Shown: positions 25,850 to 38,416 of the stretch, in pieces
How positions within the stretch are numbered: the first letter of the stretch is position 1
Layout: every line of letters begins with the position of its first letter
Assembly: GCA_048128005.1 (NCBI GenBank)
Contig: JBEUKZ010000122.1
Span: 186,001-224,601 of the forward strand
DNA: 38,601 nucleotides
Source: Veleropilina oligotropha
Taxonomy: Eukaryota
Reading direction: 5' to 3'
The notes under the pieces: model-generated
Told to the model about the DNA's origin: nothing
Databases searched by the model: none
Seen by the model: only the letters and a program-made list of their open reading frames with translations
Made by a program: the position numbers and the translations under genes

Positions 25850-26090
25850 CATCGCTCCGTTGACCATGTGGTCTCAAGTGCCAACTCTGAAATCACTACC
25901 TCGATTGCGCTAACGAACAGACCTGAAGTGAGTTCGAATCTCGGTTGAGAAAATTACATTCTTTGTTAGGGTATCAATGACGGTTGTATATAATGAAGAG
26001 GGTGGGTTGCCCTTTCCTCCCGTGATCATATGAACACGTCATGCCTTGAACCTGAAGGCTGTATATGTATAGGACATTGAGCATCATTTC
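25850..26090 (+). mobile_element. Old diverged copy of the tRNA-SINE family
   Basis: B box GTTCGAATC; 3' block GCCTTGAACCT...AGGACATTGAGCATCATT matches the 11883-12141 tail. Confidence 0.6.
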
Positions 26091-26796
26091 ACCAACAGTC
26101 TCCACATTTCATCGTGATAATTGTTGTCCGTGTGTTAAATTTTGAGAAACTGATCTACTAACTTCAAGCATGAATAAAAATAAATTCAGATGATTTTTAC
26201 AAAAGTTAAAAAGCATTACAGTGATAAATATTTTTGATTTGCATCTGCGCACGGTATAACTGTTGGCCAAATGTTTTTCCAGTTTTACTGGAGCTCAACA
26301 AAAGTACAATATGTGATTAATGGTTTTCTAAAACATCAGTATCGGATCCAAGGAGGGTATCTAAAGGATAAGTACCTCCCACCCACTCATTTTGAAATTC
26401 AGACCTGCGTTTGATTACATTGTTTCTTTAAATATCGCATTGGCACTCTCAATATTCAGGAGAGATGGTTTAGCACCGTCAAATGTCATAATTTTCCGCG
26501 CTGTTGATAAGGTGCGAACCAATGATCGCCCTCCTCCCTTGTGACAAAACAGTAAATGAGATAATACAGGAGTCAAAATGGCTCATAAATGTTGTTAAGG
26601 AATATTGAATTCACACACTAAGAATGCAGGAGAGTTGATTTCATACCATTAATCGTCAAAATTTTCCTCCGCGTGAGGCCCCGCCCCAAGCGGACCGTCG
26701 ATAGTATATTTTCTCTAAAAGTTGGACCCCCGCTTGCCAAAATTCTAGATCCGCCCATGCATATGGAATGACAAATGGCGTGCGCGCGCTAATTAT

Positions 26797-27470
26797 TATA
26801 GATTAAATTAAATAGATTAAATAGAATTTGTTTGGGTTTAGAAAGCGCATTACTGCCACTCATATAAAAACCCATTGAGTTGTCTTGTCCTCTATAACCT
26901 GCCATGCCGCTTAAAATGCTCATCTAGGCGATTTTTAAATTGGTTTACAGATATCGATTCCACTACATTATTAGGAAGAGCATTCCATTCATCGACAACC
27001 CGATTTGAGAAAAAGTGTTTTCTAACGTCTAGTCGGAATCGTTTTTTGTAAATCTTGTATTGATGCATTTGGTTCATCTGAAAAAAGAAACTATTGTCAA
27101 CGTTGTCTTTTCCTGTAAACATTTTAAACACCTGAATCATATCACCTCTAATCCTTGTCAAAGATAATGTTGTGAGGTTCAGAGCTCTTAGTCTCTCCTC
27201 ATATGGTAATTCTCTCAATTCTCCTATCAATTTTGTGGCTCTTCTTTGAACTTGTTCTATTATATTGATATCCTTTGCAAGATATGGACACCATGCTTGC
27301 ACTGCATATTCTAAATGCGGTCTAACCATTTGCTTGTATAGGCGAGTTATGATGGCTTTAGATTTAAAATTAAAATTTCTCTTTATCATTCCCAATATTT
27401 GATTTCCCTTTTTGGCTGACTCTGCACATTGATTTGATGGTTTAAATGTCTTGTCTACCCATACACAGTA
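26797..27470 (-). mobile_element. 5'-truncated CR1 LINE 3' end (same family as 4603-5317)
   Basis: Open frame VRPHLEYAVQAWCPY...RKHFFSNRVVDEWNALP..FKNRLD; short 3' UTR with ATTTA/ATCTA-type tail. Confidence 0.92.
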
Positions 27471-27475
27471 GTACG

Positions 27476-27823
27476 TATGATTCCACACGACATGTTACGT
27501 TTTGCTATACCTCCCCTATGTATGATTCTACACGACATGTTACGTTTTGCTATACCTCCCCTATGTATGATACTGGGCGACACATTGCGTTTTGCTATAC
27601 CCTCCCTATGTATGATTCTGGGTGACACATTGTGTTTTGCTATACCTCCCCTATGTATGATTCTGGGCGACACATTGCGTTTTGCTATACCTCCCCTATG
27701 TATGATTCTGGGCGACACATTGCGTTTTGCTATACCTCCCCTATGTATGATTCTGGGCGACACATTGCATTTTGCTATACCCTCCTCATGTATGATTCTG
27801 GGCGACACATTGCGTTTTGCTAT
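27476..27823. repeat. 45-bp minisatellite (~7.7 units)
   Basis: Unit TATGATTCTGGGCGACACATTGCGTTTTGCTATACCTCCCCTATG. Confidence 0.95.
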
Positions 27824-28586
27824 GTGTGTATTTGACGAATCAGCGTTGAGTAAGAATTACCCCGCCTAAAAAAATGAATCAATCAAAAATTACTTATTAA
27901 TGACAATTAGAAATGAGTCATCAAATGGTATACAAAGTGCGGATAACCTCTCAAACACCGTTATACCCACGACAACCATATATAGTACAAATAAAAGATC
28001 CATACCAGTAATCAATTATTTGGATCTACGAATATACCAGCATAGAGTCAGCTTTACATCTCTACAATAGCTAAATATATTATAGATTTATCATTGATGC
28101 TTATGAATCGGTAGAAACGTAACCCCTTGGTTAATTTAAACGTCCCGCTTTATGGGTTCCGTTAATAGCATATGGTAACTTAATCTGATACTGGCCAATA
28201 CCGACAAGTTATTTTTAGCACTGATGGTCCATCATAATAGTAAATGAAAAATGCTCTGATATTTTAACTGATTTCAACATAATTGAGTGGATTTAATATA
28301 TTAGTCGACATTGTCTTTACAAATACGTAATATTATATATTATATTAAGCATTCACCATACATTAAGCATACATACTCAATGAACATATAACTCGCCAAA
28401 CCCCTCCTTTTCTCTCTCTATCCAGTGACACATATATATGACGCTTGTCTTACAATGATTTCTATACGGGTGCCAGGGCGTATGCTCTGGTCGTTCGATA
28501 TGCATGTTAAATAACAGTTATTGGTAATGGTTATGTCTGTTAATATATAAGCCATAAAACCACATTAACTTGGTGTGTCACTAGTA

Positions 28587-30030
<1,444 letters not shown>

Positions 30031-30587
30031 TTAGTATTATGACCGGTGCTATGTCCCGATATCTAACAGTTCTATAGGTTTTCCAACATATCAACATATT
30101 TGTAATAAAATATTAATGACATGTCTTCCATTTGCTGAAAACGCAGTGCATGTATGACACACACTTTTGAAATGATATTACATTGCTTAACAGCATTTCA
30201 CCATACTATGTTTTTATTTCACCTATCAATCACTTAATTAGCAAGACACAGAGTACGGTGCCCAATCAGCAAGTAGCAAATTACACGGGCCACACGTTCG
30301 TAACTTAAACGATGCGTTATTGGTCATATTAATATATTTTATCAACTTAAAGTTGTAGCCTATATTTACTCATGTGTGCCTAGTATATCACAGTTGTTCA
30401 TAACCACTTATTGTGGGTGTGTGAAGGGTATGTGATCGGAAAAGTAACAATAAATTAGCTGATATTTTTCAGTGGTACAATCAGTGTATTTGCCATTTAT
30501 TAAATAAAATATAGGATTGAATTTCAATAAATAACCATAAAACACATAAACTAGGGTTGCATCTGTTTTATTGTTCCAAAAATATAT

Positions 30588-32060
30588 TTATTCATCCATA
30601 TTTTCGTTGCTCTCTGTTGATTCTTCACCTTCAGAGGATGATTCTGACTGCCAATATGATTCGATTTCGGATTGACACTTTTTCACTGCTATATTAATAG
30701 AGGCTTTCGTACCATATCCCTGTTTCAAGTAGGCATCAACTTTGCTCATGACTCGATTATGAACCCTTCCATCCCGTAATCTTTCAATGTATAGAAGAAT
30801 TTGTTTATATTTATTCATAACTTGTATTAAATCTTCAAGATCTATTTTATCATTAGCCTTTTTCTCTGCAATTTGTTGATTTAATCCCTGCTTGATATAT
30901 TTGTCATATTTTCCTTCGAAGAATGACATATTTTGATCATGGCTTATTTTCATGAGCTCATCAAACACTTTTGATTCTTCGGCGCTTTCTTCCAACACCC
31001 CAGATGTTCGTTTTTTGGAATTACTATGACACCAGTCTCTTACGTGCTTTTGTAATTTTGAACTATTATCAAATAATGAGCCGCAATAATTACATGATAT
31101 CATGTTTTCTTCGTCATCACTGCTGCAATAATGATCAGACATTGTTTCGACCTGATTTATAGATGGATTCATATTCAGTGAATGTTCGCACAGTGCACTG
31201 GGTTTGGTTAGCATCGTTTTCGATACATTATTGGCTTCATCTCTCTCAAATACATTTGGACGAATTCTATTAATTTCATTGGTGAGCACTTTAAAATCTA
31301 ATAGTATATAGCCATATGGTATCTTCGTTGCTTCATCAAATTTTTTCATGAGATTGTCGGGATTTCTTGGGTACTTTTGTCTTGCCAAATTCATAATAAC
31401 TTGCTTATCTACTGGATTGTTGAATAATACCATGTATTGACAATTTCTTCTCTGTGTAGGGTCTTTAGAATAATACAAGTTTTGATTAATAGCTATAACT
31501 GATAGATTTCTGTGATGACTACCTTCTGTGAAGAGATCAGTTATACAAGGGTCTTTAGCAGACATCAAGTCATCCAGTACAATAACATTTCTGATTCTGG
31601 GATCGAGGAAGTCATCATTTGCCAACTCTTGCGGTATTCCTTGAATAAATTCAACGGAAATACTAGCTTTGATGTCATCATAGAGCGGCTGCCATCTTTT
31701 GTATAACCAAATAATTATCTGCGGTGCTGGGGATATGCGATCGTGAAGTAGTACATTTTTAACAAAGTAAGATTTTCCAGAGAATGTTGGGCCCGATACA
31801 ATAAGGGTAAAGGGATGTTGTAGTTGAAATGGGGGTGGGTTGTGCAGCGACGATGTGCGGTAGTCGGTGGCAGCGGGTGGTGTCTTATCCTGCGTCAGCG
31901 GTAAATTCTGTGTCTGAGGTGATGACAGAGATGGATTCTGCATCTGCGGTAATGTTGTATGTGATAATGTCATTGGTGCCATGACATGTATTCGGTTGTA
32001 ATGCCTGAGCAAGGCATCACGTCTAGACAATGATATGTTACAATCAGGACACTTATGCAT
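30588..32060 (-). CDS. Polinton/Maverick-type packaging ATPase (FtsK-HerA/A32-like) fused to two zinc fingers, copy 1 (490 aa from the first ATG)
   Basis: HPFTLIVSGPTFSGKS (Walker A), VIVLDDLM (Walker B), LFTEGSHHRNLSVIAINQNLY, PYGYILLDF; fingers CPDC..HYNRIH and CNYC..HVRDWC; acidic tail; intronless. Confidence 0.88.
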   Translation of the reverse strand: MHKCPDCNISLSRRDALLRHYNRIHVMAPMTLSHTTLPQMQNPSLSSPQTQNLPLTQDKTPPAATDYRTSSLHNPPPFQLQHPFTLIVSGPTFSGKSYFVKNVLLHDRISPAPQIIIWLYKRWQPLYDDIKASISVEFIQGIPQELANDDFLDPRIRNVIVLDDLMSAKDPCITDLFTEGSHHRNLSVIAINQNLYYSKDPTQRRNCQYMVLFNNPVDKQVIMNLARQKYPRNPDNLMKKFDEATKIPYGYILLDFKVLTNEINRIRPNVFERDEANNVSKTMLTKPSALCEHSLNMNPSINQVETMSDHYCSSDDEENMISCNYCGSLFDNSSKLQKHVRDWCHSNSKKRTSGVLEESAEESKVFDELMKISHDQNMSFFEGKYDKYIKQGLNQQIAEKKANDKIDLEDLIQVMNKYKQILLYIERLRDGRVHNRVMSKVDAYLKQGYGTKASINIAVKKCQSEIESYWQSESSSEGEESTESNENMDE

Positions 32061-32505
32061 GTTTGCCCGGAGGTCCTGCAAATAGCCGTCCAGCTACAAA
32101 TTTCTTTCTCTCTGGTGTGATCCTCTTTAAAACTTGTCTCAGATAGCGACTTTTTCTTTTGGGGATTATGTCAGGTGCATCATCCTTTTTCACTTTTTTC
32201 AACTGAACTTTAGGTTCGTCATTCTCGGGGTTTGTCGACTGACTGTCGCTTTTTTGTTTCTGAACAACTTTTATATACGGTAAACCTTCCTCCTTTTGCC
32301 TTTCCAACTGAACCTTTGCTCTTTCTTCCTCAGCTGCCACTGGCGAAATAACTGGAATTCTTATCATGGATGGAGTACGATACTGACCAGCCATTCCGCG
32401 ATTATATTTCCTTGTTGGTTTTTCAAGTTGTAATTTACCCGATCTCATGTCTTTGAAAGCTTGGTCCCACACTTTTGGGTCACTGACATATATTGAACCT
32501 GGCAT
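32053..32505 (-). CDS. 150-aa basic hypothetical protein, probably a Polinton accessory or core-like protein
   Basis: ATG ~40 bp downstream of a TATA box; stop overlaps the ATPase ATG (ATGCATAA); YVSDPKVW and ISPVAAEEERAK motifs, K/R-rich C-terminus. Confidence 0.65.
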   Translation of the reverse strand: MPGSIYVSDPKVWDQAFKDMRSGKLQLEKPTRKYNRGMAGQYRTPSMIRIPVISPVAAEEERAKVQLERQKEEGLPYIKVVQKQKSDSQSTNPENDEPKVQLKKVKKDDAPDIIPKRKSRYLRQVLKRITPERKKFVAGRLFAGPPGKHA

Positions 32506-32540
32506 GATTACAAAATGATAAATGTTAACAATGTATTTCC

Positions 32541-32575
32541 TTTATATAGGTTGGTGAAATCATTGCGCATGCGCA
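32541..32575 (-). promoter_or_regulatory. TATA box plus NRF1-type palindrome upstream of the 150-aa ORF
   Basis: TATATAAA at 32548-32541; TGCGCATGCGCA at 32564-32575. Confidence 0.55.
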
Positions 32576-32615
32576 TATATACCTTATTTTGACATTCTGC
32601 TGGCGGCAGGTGGCC

Positions 32616-32670
32616 TCCACCGGTGGTGGTGGAGGTCCACCGGTGGTGGTGGAGGAGGTCCACCGGTGGA
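32616..32670. repeat. Three TCCACCGGTGG palindromic repeats at the fold-back junction
   Basis: CCACCGGTGG at 32617, 32637 and 32660, separated by TGG/GGA-rich spacers. Confidence 0.9.
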
Positions 32671-32941
32671 AAGAGCAAAGGTTCAGTTGGAAAGGCAAAA
32701 GGAGGAAGGTTTACCGTATATAAAAGTTGTTCAGAAACAAAAAAGCGACAGTCAGTCGACAAACCCCGAGAATGACGAACCTAAAGTTCAGTTGAAAAAA
32801 GTGAAAAAGGATGATGCACCTGACATAATCCCCAAAAGAAAAAGTCGCTATCTGAGACAAGTTTTAAAGAGGATCACACCAGAGAGAAAGAAATTTGTAG
32901 CTGGACGGCTATTTGCAGGACCTCCGGGCAAACATGCATAA
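32669..32941 (+). pseudogene. 5'-truncated copy of the 150-aa ORF
   Basis: Begins at ERAK; lacks the first ~60 codons and the promoter. Confidence 0.75.
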
Positions 32942-34406
32942 GTGTCCTGATTGTAACATATCATTGTCTAGACGTGATGCCTTGCTCAGGCATTACAACC
33001 GAATACATGTCATGGCACCAATGACATTATCACATACAACATTACCGCAGATGCAGAATCCATCTCTGTCATCACCTCAGACACAGAATTTACCGCTGAC
33101 GCAGGATAAGACACCACCCGCTGCCACCGACTACCGCACATCGTCGCTGCACAACCCACCCCCATTTCAACTACAACATCCCTTTACCCTTATTGTATCG
33201 GGCCCAACATTCTCTGGAAAATCTTACTTTGTTAAAAATGTACTACTTCACGATCGCATATCCCCAGCACCGCAGATAATTATTTGGTTATACAAAAGAT
33301 GGCAGCCGCTCTATGATGACATCAAAGCTAGTATTTCCGTTGAATTTATTCAAGGAATACCGCAAGAGTTGGCAAATGATGACTTCCTCGATCCCAGAAT
33401 CAGAAATGTTATTGTACTGGATGACTTGATGTCTGCTAAAGACCCTTGTATAACTGATCTCTTCACAGAAGGTAGTCATCACAGAAATCTATCAGTTATA
33501 GCTATTAATAAAAACTTGTATTATTCTAAAGACCCTACACAGAGAAGAAATTGTCAATACATGGTATTATTCAACAATCCAGTAGATAGGCAACTTATTA
33601 TGAATTTGGCAAGACAAATGTACCCAAGAAATCCCGACAATCTCATGAAAAAATTTGATGAAGCAACGAAGATACCATATGGCTATATACTATTAGATTT
33701 TAAAGTGCTCACCAATGAAATTAATAGAATTCGTCCAAATGTATTTGAGAGAGATGAAGCCAATAATGTATCGAAAACGATGCTCACCAAACCCAGTGCA
33801 TTGTGCGAACATTCACTGAATATGAATCCATCTATAAATCAGGTCGAAACAATGTCTGATCATTATTGCAGCAGTGATGACGAAGAAAACATGATATCAT
33901 GTAATTATTGCGGCTCATTATTTGATAATAGTTCAAAATTACAAAAGCACGTAAGAGACTGGTGTCATAGGAATTCCAAAAAACGAACATCTGGGGTGTT
34001 GGAAGAAAGCGCCGAAGAATCAAAAGTGTTTGATGAGCTCATGAAAATAAGCCATGATCAAAATATGTCATTCTTCGAAGGAAAATATGACAAATATATC
34101 AAGCAGGGATTAAATCAACAAATTGCAGAGAAAAAGGCTAATGATAAAATAGATCTTGAAGATTTAATACAAGTTATAAATAAATATAAACAAATTCTTC
34201 TATACATTGAAAGATTACGGGATGGAAGGGTTCATAATCGAGTCATGAGCAAAGTTGATGCCTACTTGAAACATGGATATGGTACGAAAGCCTCTATTAA
34301 TATAGCAGTGAAAAAGTGTCAATCCGAAATCGAATCATATTGGCAGTCAGAATCATCCTCTGAAGGTGAAGAATCAACAGAGAGCAACGAAAATATGGAT
34401 GAATAA
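32934..34406 (+). CDS. Zinc-finger/packaging ATPase, copy 2
   Basis: As copy 1 with 7 amino-acid differences; AATAAA overlapping the stop (34402) and at 34422. Confidence 0.85.
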   Translation: MHKCPDCNISLSRRDALLRHYNRIHVMAPMTLSHTTLPQMQNPSLSSPQTQNLPLTQDKTPPAATDYRTSSLHNPPPFQLQHPFTLIVSGPTFSGKSYFVKNVLLHDRISPAPQIIIWLYKRWQPLYDDIKASISVEFIQGIPQELANDDFLDPRIRNVIVLDDLMSAKDPCITDLFTEGSHHRNLSVIAINKNLYYSKDPTQRRNCQYMVLFNNPVDRQLIMNLARQMYPRNPDNLMKKFDEATKIPYGYILLDFKVLTNEINRIRPNVFERDEANNVSKTMLTKPSALCEHSLNMNPSINQVETMSDHYCSSDDEENMISCNYCGSLFDNSSKLQKHVRDWCHRNSKKRTSGVLEESAEESKVFDELMKISHDQNMSFFEGKYDKYIKQGLNQQIAEKKANDKIDLEDLIQVINKYKQILLYIERLRDGRVHNRVMSKVDAYLKHGYGTKASINIAVKKCQSEIESYWQSESSSEGEESTESNENMDE

Positions 34407-34963
34407 ATATATTTTTGGAACAATAAAACAGATGCAACCCTAGTTTATGTGTTTTATGGTTATTTATTGAAATTCAATCCTATATTTTATTTAATAAATG
34501 GCAAATACACTGATTGTACCACTGAAAAATATCAGCTAATTTCTTGTTACTTTTCCGATCACATACCCTTCACACACCCACAATAAGTGGTTATGAACAA
34601 CTGTGATATACTAGGCACACATGAGTAAATATAGGCTACAACTTTAAGTTGATAAAATATATTAATATGACCAATAACGCATCGTTTAAGTTACGAACGT
34701 GTGGCCCGTGTAATTTGCTACTTGCTGATTGGGCACCGTACTCTGTGTCTTGCTAATTAAGTGATTGATAGGTGAAATAAAAACATAGTATGGTGAAATG
34801 CTGTTAAGCAATGTAATATCATTTCAAAAGTGTGTGTCATACATGCACTGTGTTTTCAGAAAATGGAAGACATGTCATTAATATTTTATTACAAATATGT
34901 TGATATGTTGGAAAACCTATAGAACTGTTAGATATCGGGACATAGCACCGGTCATAATACTAA

Positions 34964-35505
<542 letters not shown>

Positions 35506-36062
35506 TTAGTATTATGACCGGTGCTATGTCCCGATATCTAACAGTTCTATAGGTTTTCCAACATATCAACATATTTGTAATAAAATATTAATGACATGTC
35601 TTCCATTTTCTGAAAACACAGTGCATGTATGACACACACTTTTGAAATGATATTACATTGCTTAACAGCATTTCACCATACTATGTTTTTATTTCACCTA
35701 TCAATCACTTAATTAGCAAGACACAGAGTACGGTGCCCAATCAGCAAGTAGCAAATTACACGGGCCACACGTTCGTAACTTAAACGATGCGTTATTGGTC
35801 ATATTAATATATTTTATCAACTTAAAGTTGTAGCCTATATTTACTCATGTGTGCCTAGTATATCACAGTTGTTCATAACCACTTATTGTGGGTGTGTGAA
35901 GGGTATGTGATCGGAAAAGTAACAAGAAATTAGCTGATATTTTTCAGTGGTACAATCAGTGTATTTGCCATTTATTAAATAAAATATAGGATTGAATTTC
36001 AATAAATAACCATAAAACACATAAACTAGGGTTGCATCTGTTTTATTGTTCCAAAAATATAT

Positions 36063-37535
36063 TTATTCATCCATATTTTCGTTGCTCTCTGTTGATTCTT
36101 CACCTTCAGAGGATGATTCTGACTGCCAATATGATTCGATTTCGGATTGACACTTTTTCACTGCTATATTAATAGAGGCTTTCGTACCATATCCATGTTT
36201 CAAGTAGGCATCAACTTTGCTCATGACTCGATTATGAACCCTTCCATCCCGTAATCTTTCAATGTATAGAAGAATTTGTTTATATTTATTTATAACTTGT
36301 ATTAAATCTTCAAGATCTATTTTATCATTAGCCTTTTTCTCTGCAATTTGTTGATTTAATCCCTGCTTGATATATTTGTCATATTTTCCTTCGAAGAATG
36401 ACATATTTTGATCATGGCTTATTTTCATGAGCTCATCAAACACTTTTGATTCTTCGGCGCTTTCTTCCAACACCCCAGATGTTCGTTTTTTGGAATTCCT
36501 ATGACACCAGTCTCTTACGTGCTTTTGTAATTTTGAACTATTATCAAATAATGAGCCGCAATAATTACATGATATCATGTTTTCTTCGTCATCACTGCTG
36601 CAATAATGATCAGACATTGTTTCGACCTGATTTATAGATGGATTCATATTCAGTGAATGTTCGCACAATGCACTGGGTTTGGTGAGCATCGTTTTCGATA
36701 CATTATTGGCTTCATCTCTCTCAAATACATTTGGACGAATTCTATTAATTTCATTGGTGAGCACTTTAAAATCTAATAGTATATAGCCATATGGTATCTT
36801 CGTTGCTTCATCAAATTTTTTCATGAGATTGTCGGGATTTCTTGGGTACATTTGTCTTGCCAAATTCATAATAAGTTGCCTATCTACTGGATTGTTGAAT
36901 AATACCATGTATTGACAATTTCTTCTCTGTGTAGGGTCTTTAGAATAATACAAGTTTTTATTAATAGCTATAACTGATAGATTTCTGTGATGACTACCTT
37001 CTGTGAAGAGATCAGTTATACAAGGGTCTTTAGCAGACATCAAGTCATCCAGTACAATAACATTTCTGATTCTGGGATCGAGGAAGTCATCATTTGCCAA
37101 CTCTTGCGGTATTCCTTGAATAAATTCAACGGAAATACTAGCTTTGATGTCATCATAGAGCGGCTGCCATCTTTTGTATAACCAAATAATTATCTGCGGT
37201 GCTGGGGATATGCGATCGTGAAGTAGTACATTTTTAACAAAGTAAGATTTTCCAGAGAATGTTGGGCCCGATACAATAAGGGTAAAGGGATGTTGTAGTT
37301 GAAATGGGGGTGGGTTGTGCAGCGACGATGTGCGGTAGTCGGTGGCAGCGGGTGGTGTCTTATCCTGCGTCAGCGGTAAATTCTGTGTCTGAGGTGATGA
37401 CAGAGATGGATTCTGCATCTGCGGTAATGTTGTATGTGATAATGTCATTGGTGCCATGACATGTATTCGGTTGTAATGCCTGAGCAAGGCATCACGTCTA
37501 GACAATGATATGTTACAATCAGGACACTTATGCAT
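36063..37535 (-). CDS. Zinc-finger/packaging ATPase, copy 3
   Basis: Protein identical to copy 2. Confidence 0.82.
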   Translation of the reverse strand: MHKCPDCNISLSRRDALLRHYNRIHVMAPMTLSHTTLPQMQNPSLSSPQTQNLPLTQDKTPPAATDYRTSSLHNPPPFQLQHPFTLIVSGPTFSGKSYFVKNVLLHDRISPAPQIIIWLYKRWQPLYDDIKASISVEFIQGIPQELANDDFLDPRIRNVIVLDDLMSAKDPCITDLFTEGSHHRNLSVIAINKNLYYSKDPTQRRNCQYMVLFNNPVDRQLIMNLARQMYPRNPDNLMKKFDEATKIPYGYILLDFKVLTNEINRIRPNVFERDEANNVSKTMLTKPSALCEHSLNMNPSINQVETMSDHYCSSDDEENMISCNYCGSLFDNSSKLQKHVRDWCHRNSKKRTSGVLEESAEESKVFDELMKISHDQNMSFFEGKYDKYIKQGLNQQIAEKKANDKIDLEDLIQVINKYKQILLYIERLRDGRVHNRVMSKVDAYLKHGYGTKASINIAVKKCQSEIESYWQSESSSEGEESTESNENMDE

Positions 37536-37800
37536 GTTTGCCCGGAGGTCCTGCAAATAGCCGTCCAGCTACAAATTTCTTTCTCTCTGGTGTGATCCTC
37601 TTTAAAACTTGTCTCAGATAGCGACTTTTTCTTTTGGGGATTATGTCAGGTGCATCATCCTTTTTCACTTTTTTCAACTGAACTTTAGGTTCGTCATTCT
37701 CGGGGTTTGTCGACTGACTGTCGCTTTTTTGTTTCTGAACAACTTTTATATACGGTAAACCTTCCTCCTTTTGCCTTTCCAACTGAACCTTTGCTCTTTC
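37528..37800 (-). pseudogene. 5'-truncated copy of the 150-aa ORF
   Basis: Mirror of 32669-32941. Confidence 0.72.
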
Positions 37801-37928
37801 CACCGGTGGACCTCCTCCACCACCACCGGTGGACCTCCACCACCACCGGTGGAGGCCACCTGCCGCCAGCAGAATGTCAAAATAAGGTATATATGCGCAT
37901 GCGCAATGATTTCACCAACCTATATAAA
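37799..37928 (+). promoter_or_regulatory. CCACCGGTGG repeats, NRF1-type site and TATA box (mirror copy)
   Basis: TGCGCATGCGCA at 37894-37905; TATATAAA at 37921-37928; ATG at 37964. Confidence 0.55.
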
Positions 37929-37963
37929 GGAAATACATTGTTAACATTTATCATTTTGTAATC

Positions 37964-38416
37964 ATGCCAGGTTCAATATATGTCAGTGACCCAAAAGTGT
38001 GGGACCAAGCTTTCAAAGACATGAGATCGGGTAAATTACAACTTGAAAAACCAACAAGGAAATATAATCGCGGAATGGCTGGTCAGTATCGTACTCCATC
38101 CATGATAAGAATTCCAGTTATTTCGCCAGTGGCAGCTGAGGAAGAAAGAGCAAAGGTTCAGTTGGAAAGGCAAAAGGAGGAAGGTTTACCGTATATAAAA
38201 GTTGTTCAGAAACAAAAAAGCGACAGTCAGTCGACAAACCCCGAGAATGACGAACCTAAAGTTCAGTTGAAAAAAGTGAAAAAGGATGATGCACCTGACA
38301 TAATCCCCAAAAGAAAAAGTCGCTATCTGAGACAAGTTTTAAAGAGGATCACACCAGAGAGAAAGAAATTTGTAGCTGGACGGCTATTTGCAGGACCTCC
38401 GGGCAAACATGCATAA
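37964..38416 (+). CDS. 150-aa basic hypothetical protein, second full copy
   Basis: Identical to 32053-32505. Confidence 0.65.
   Translation: MPGSIYVSDPKVWDQAFKDMRSGKLQLEKPTRKYNRGMAGQYRTPSMIRIPVISPVAAEEERAKVQLERQKEEGLPYIKVVQKQKSDSQSTNPENDEPKVQLKKVKKDDAPDIIPKRKSRYLRQVLKRITPERKKFVAGRLFAGPPGKHA

Noticed and set aside
27455..27869. Repetitive 15-aa ORFs; possible CRISPR-like array
   Set aside because: Contiguous 45-bp tandem units without unique spacers; eukaryotic context and no cas genes
32508..32762. 84-aa ORF crossing the junction (mirror 37707-37961)
   Set aside because: Chimeric: antisense of the truncated ORF plus promoter spacer, created by the fold-back
32913..32933. TTG start giving a 497-aa ATPase
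   Set aside because: Eukaryotic context; the first ATG at 32934 directly precedes the zinc finger and overlaps the upstream stop
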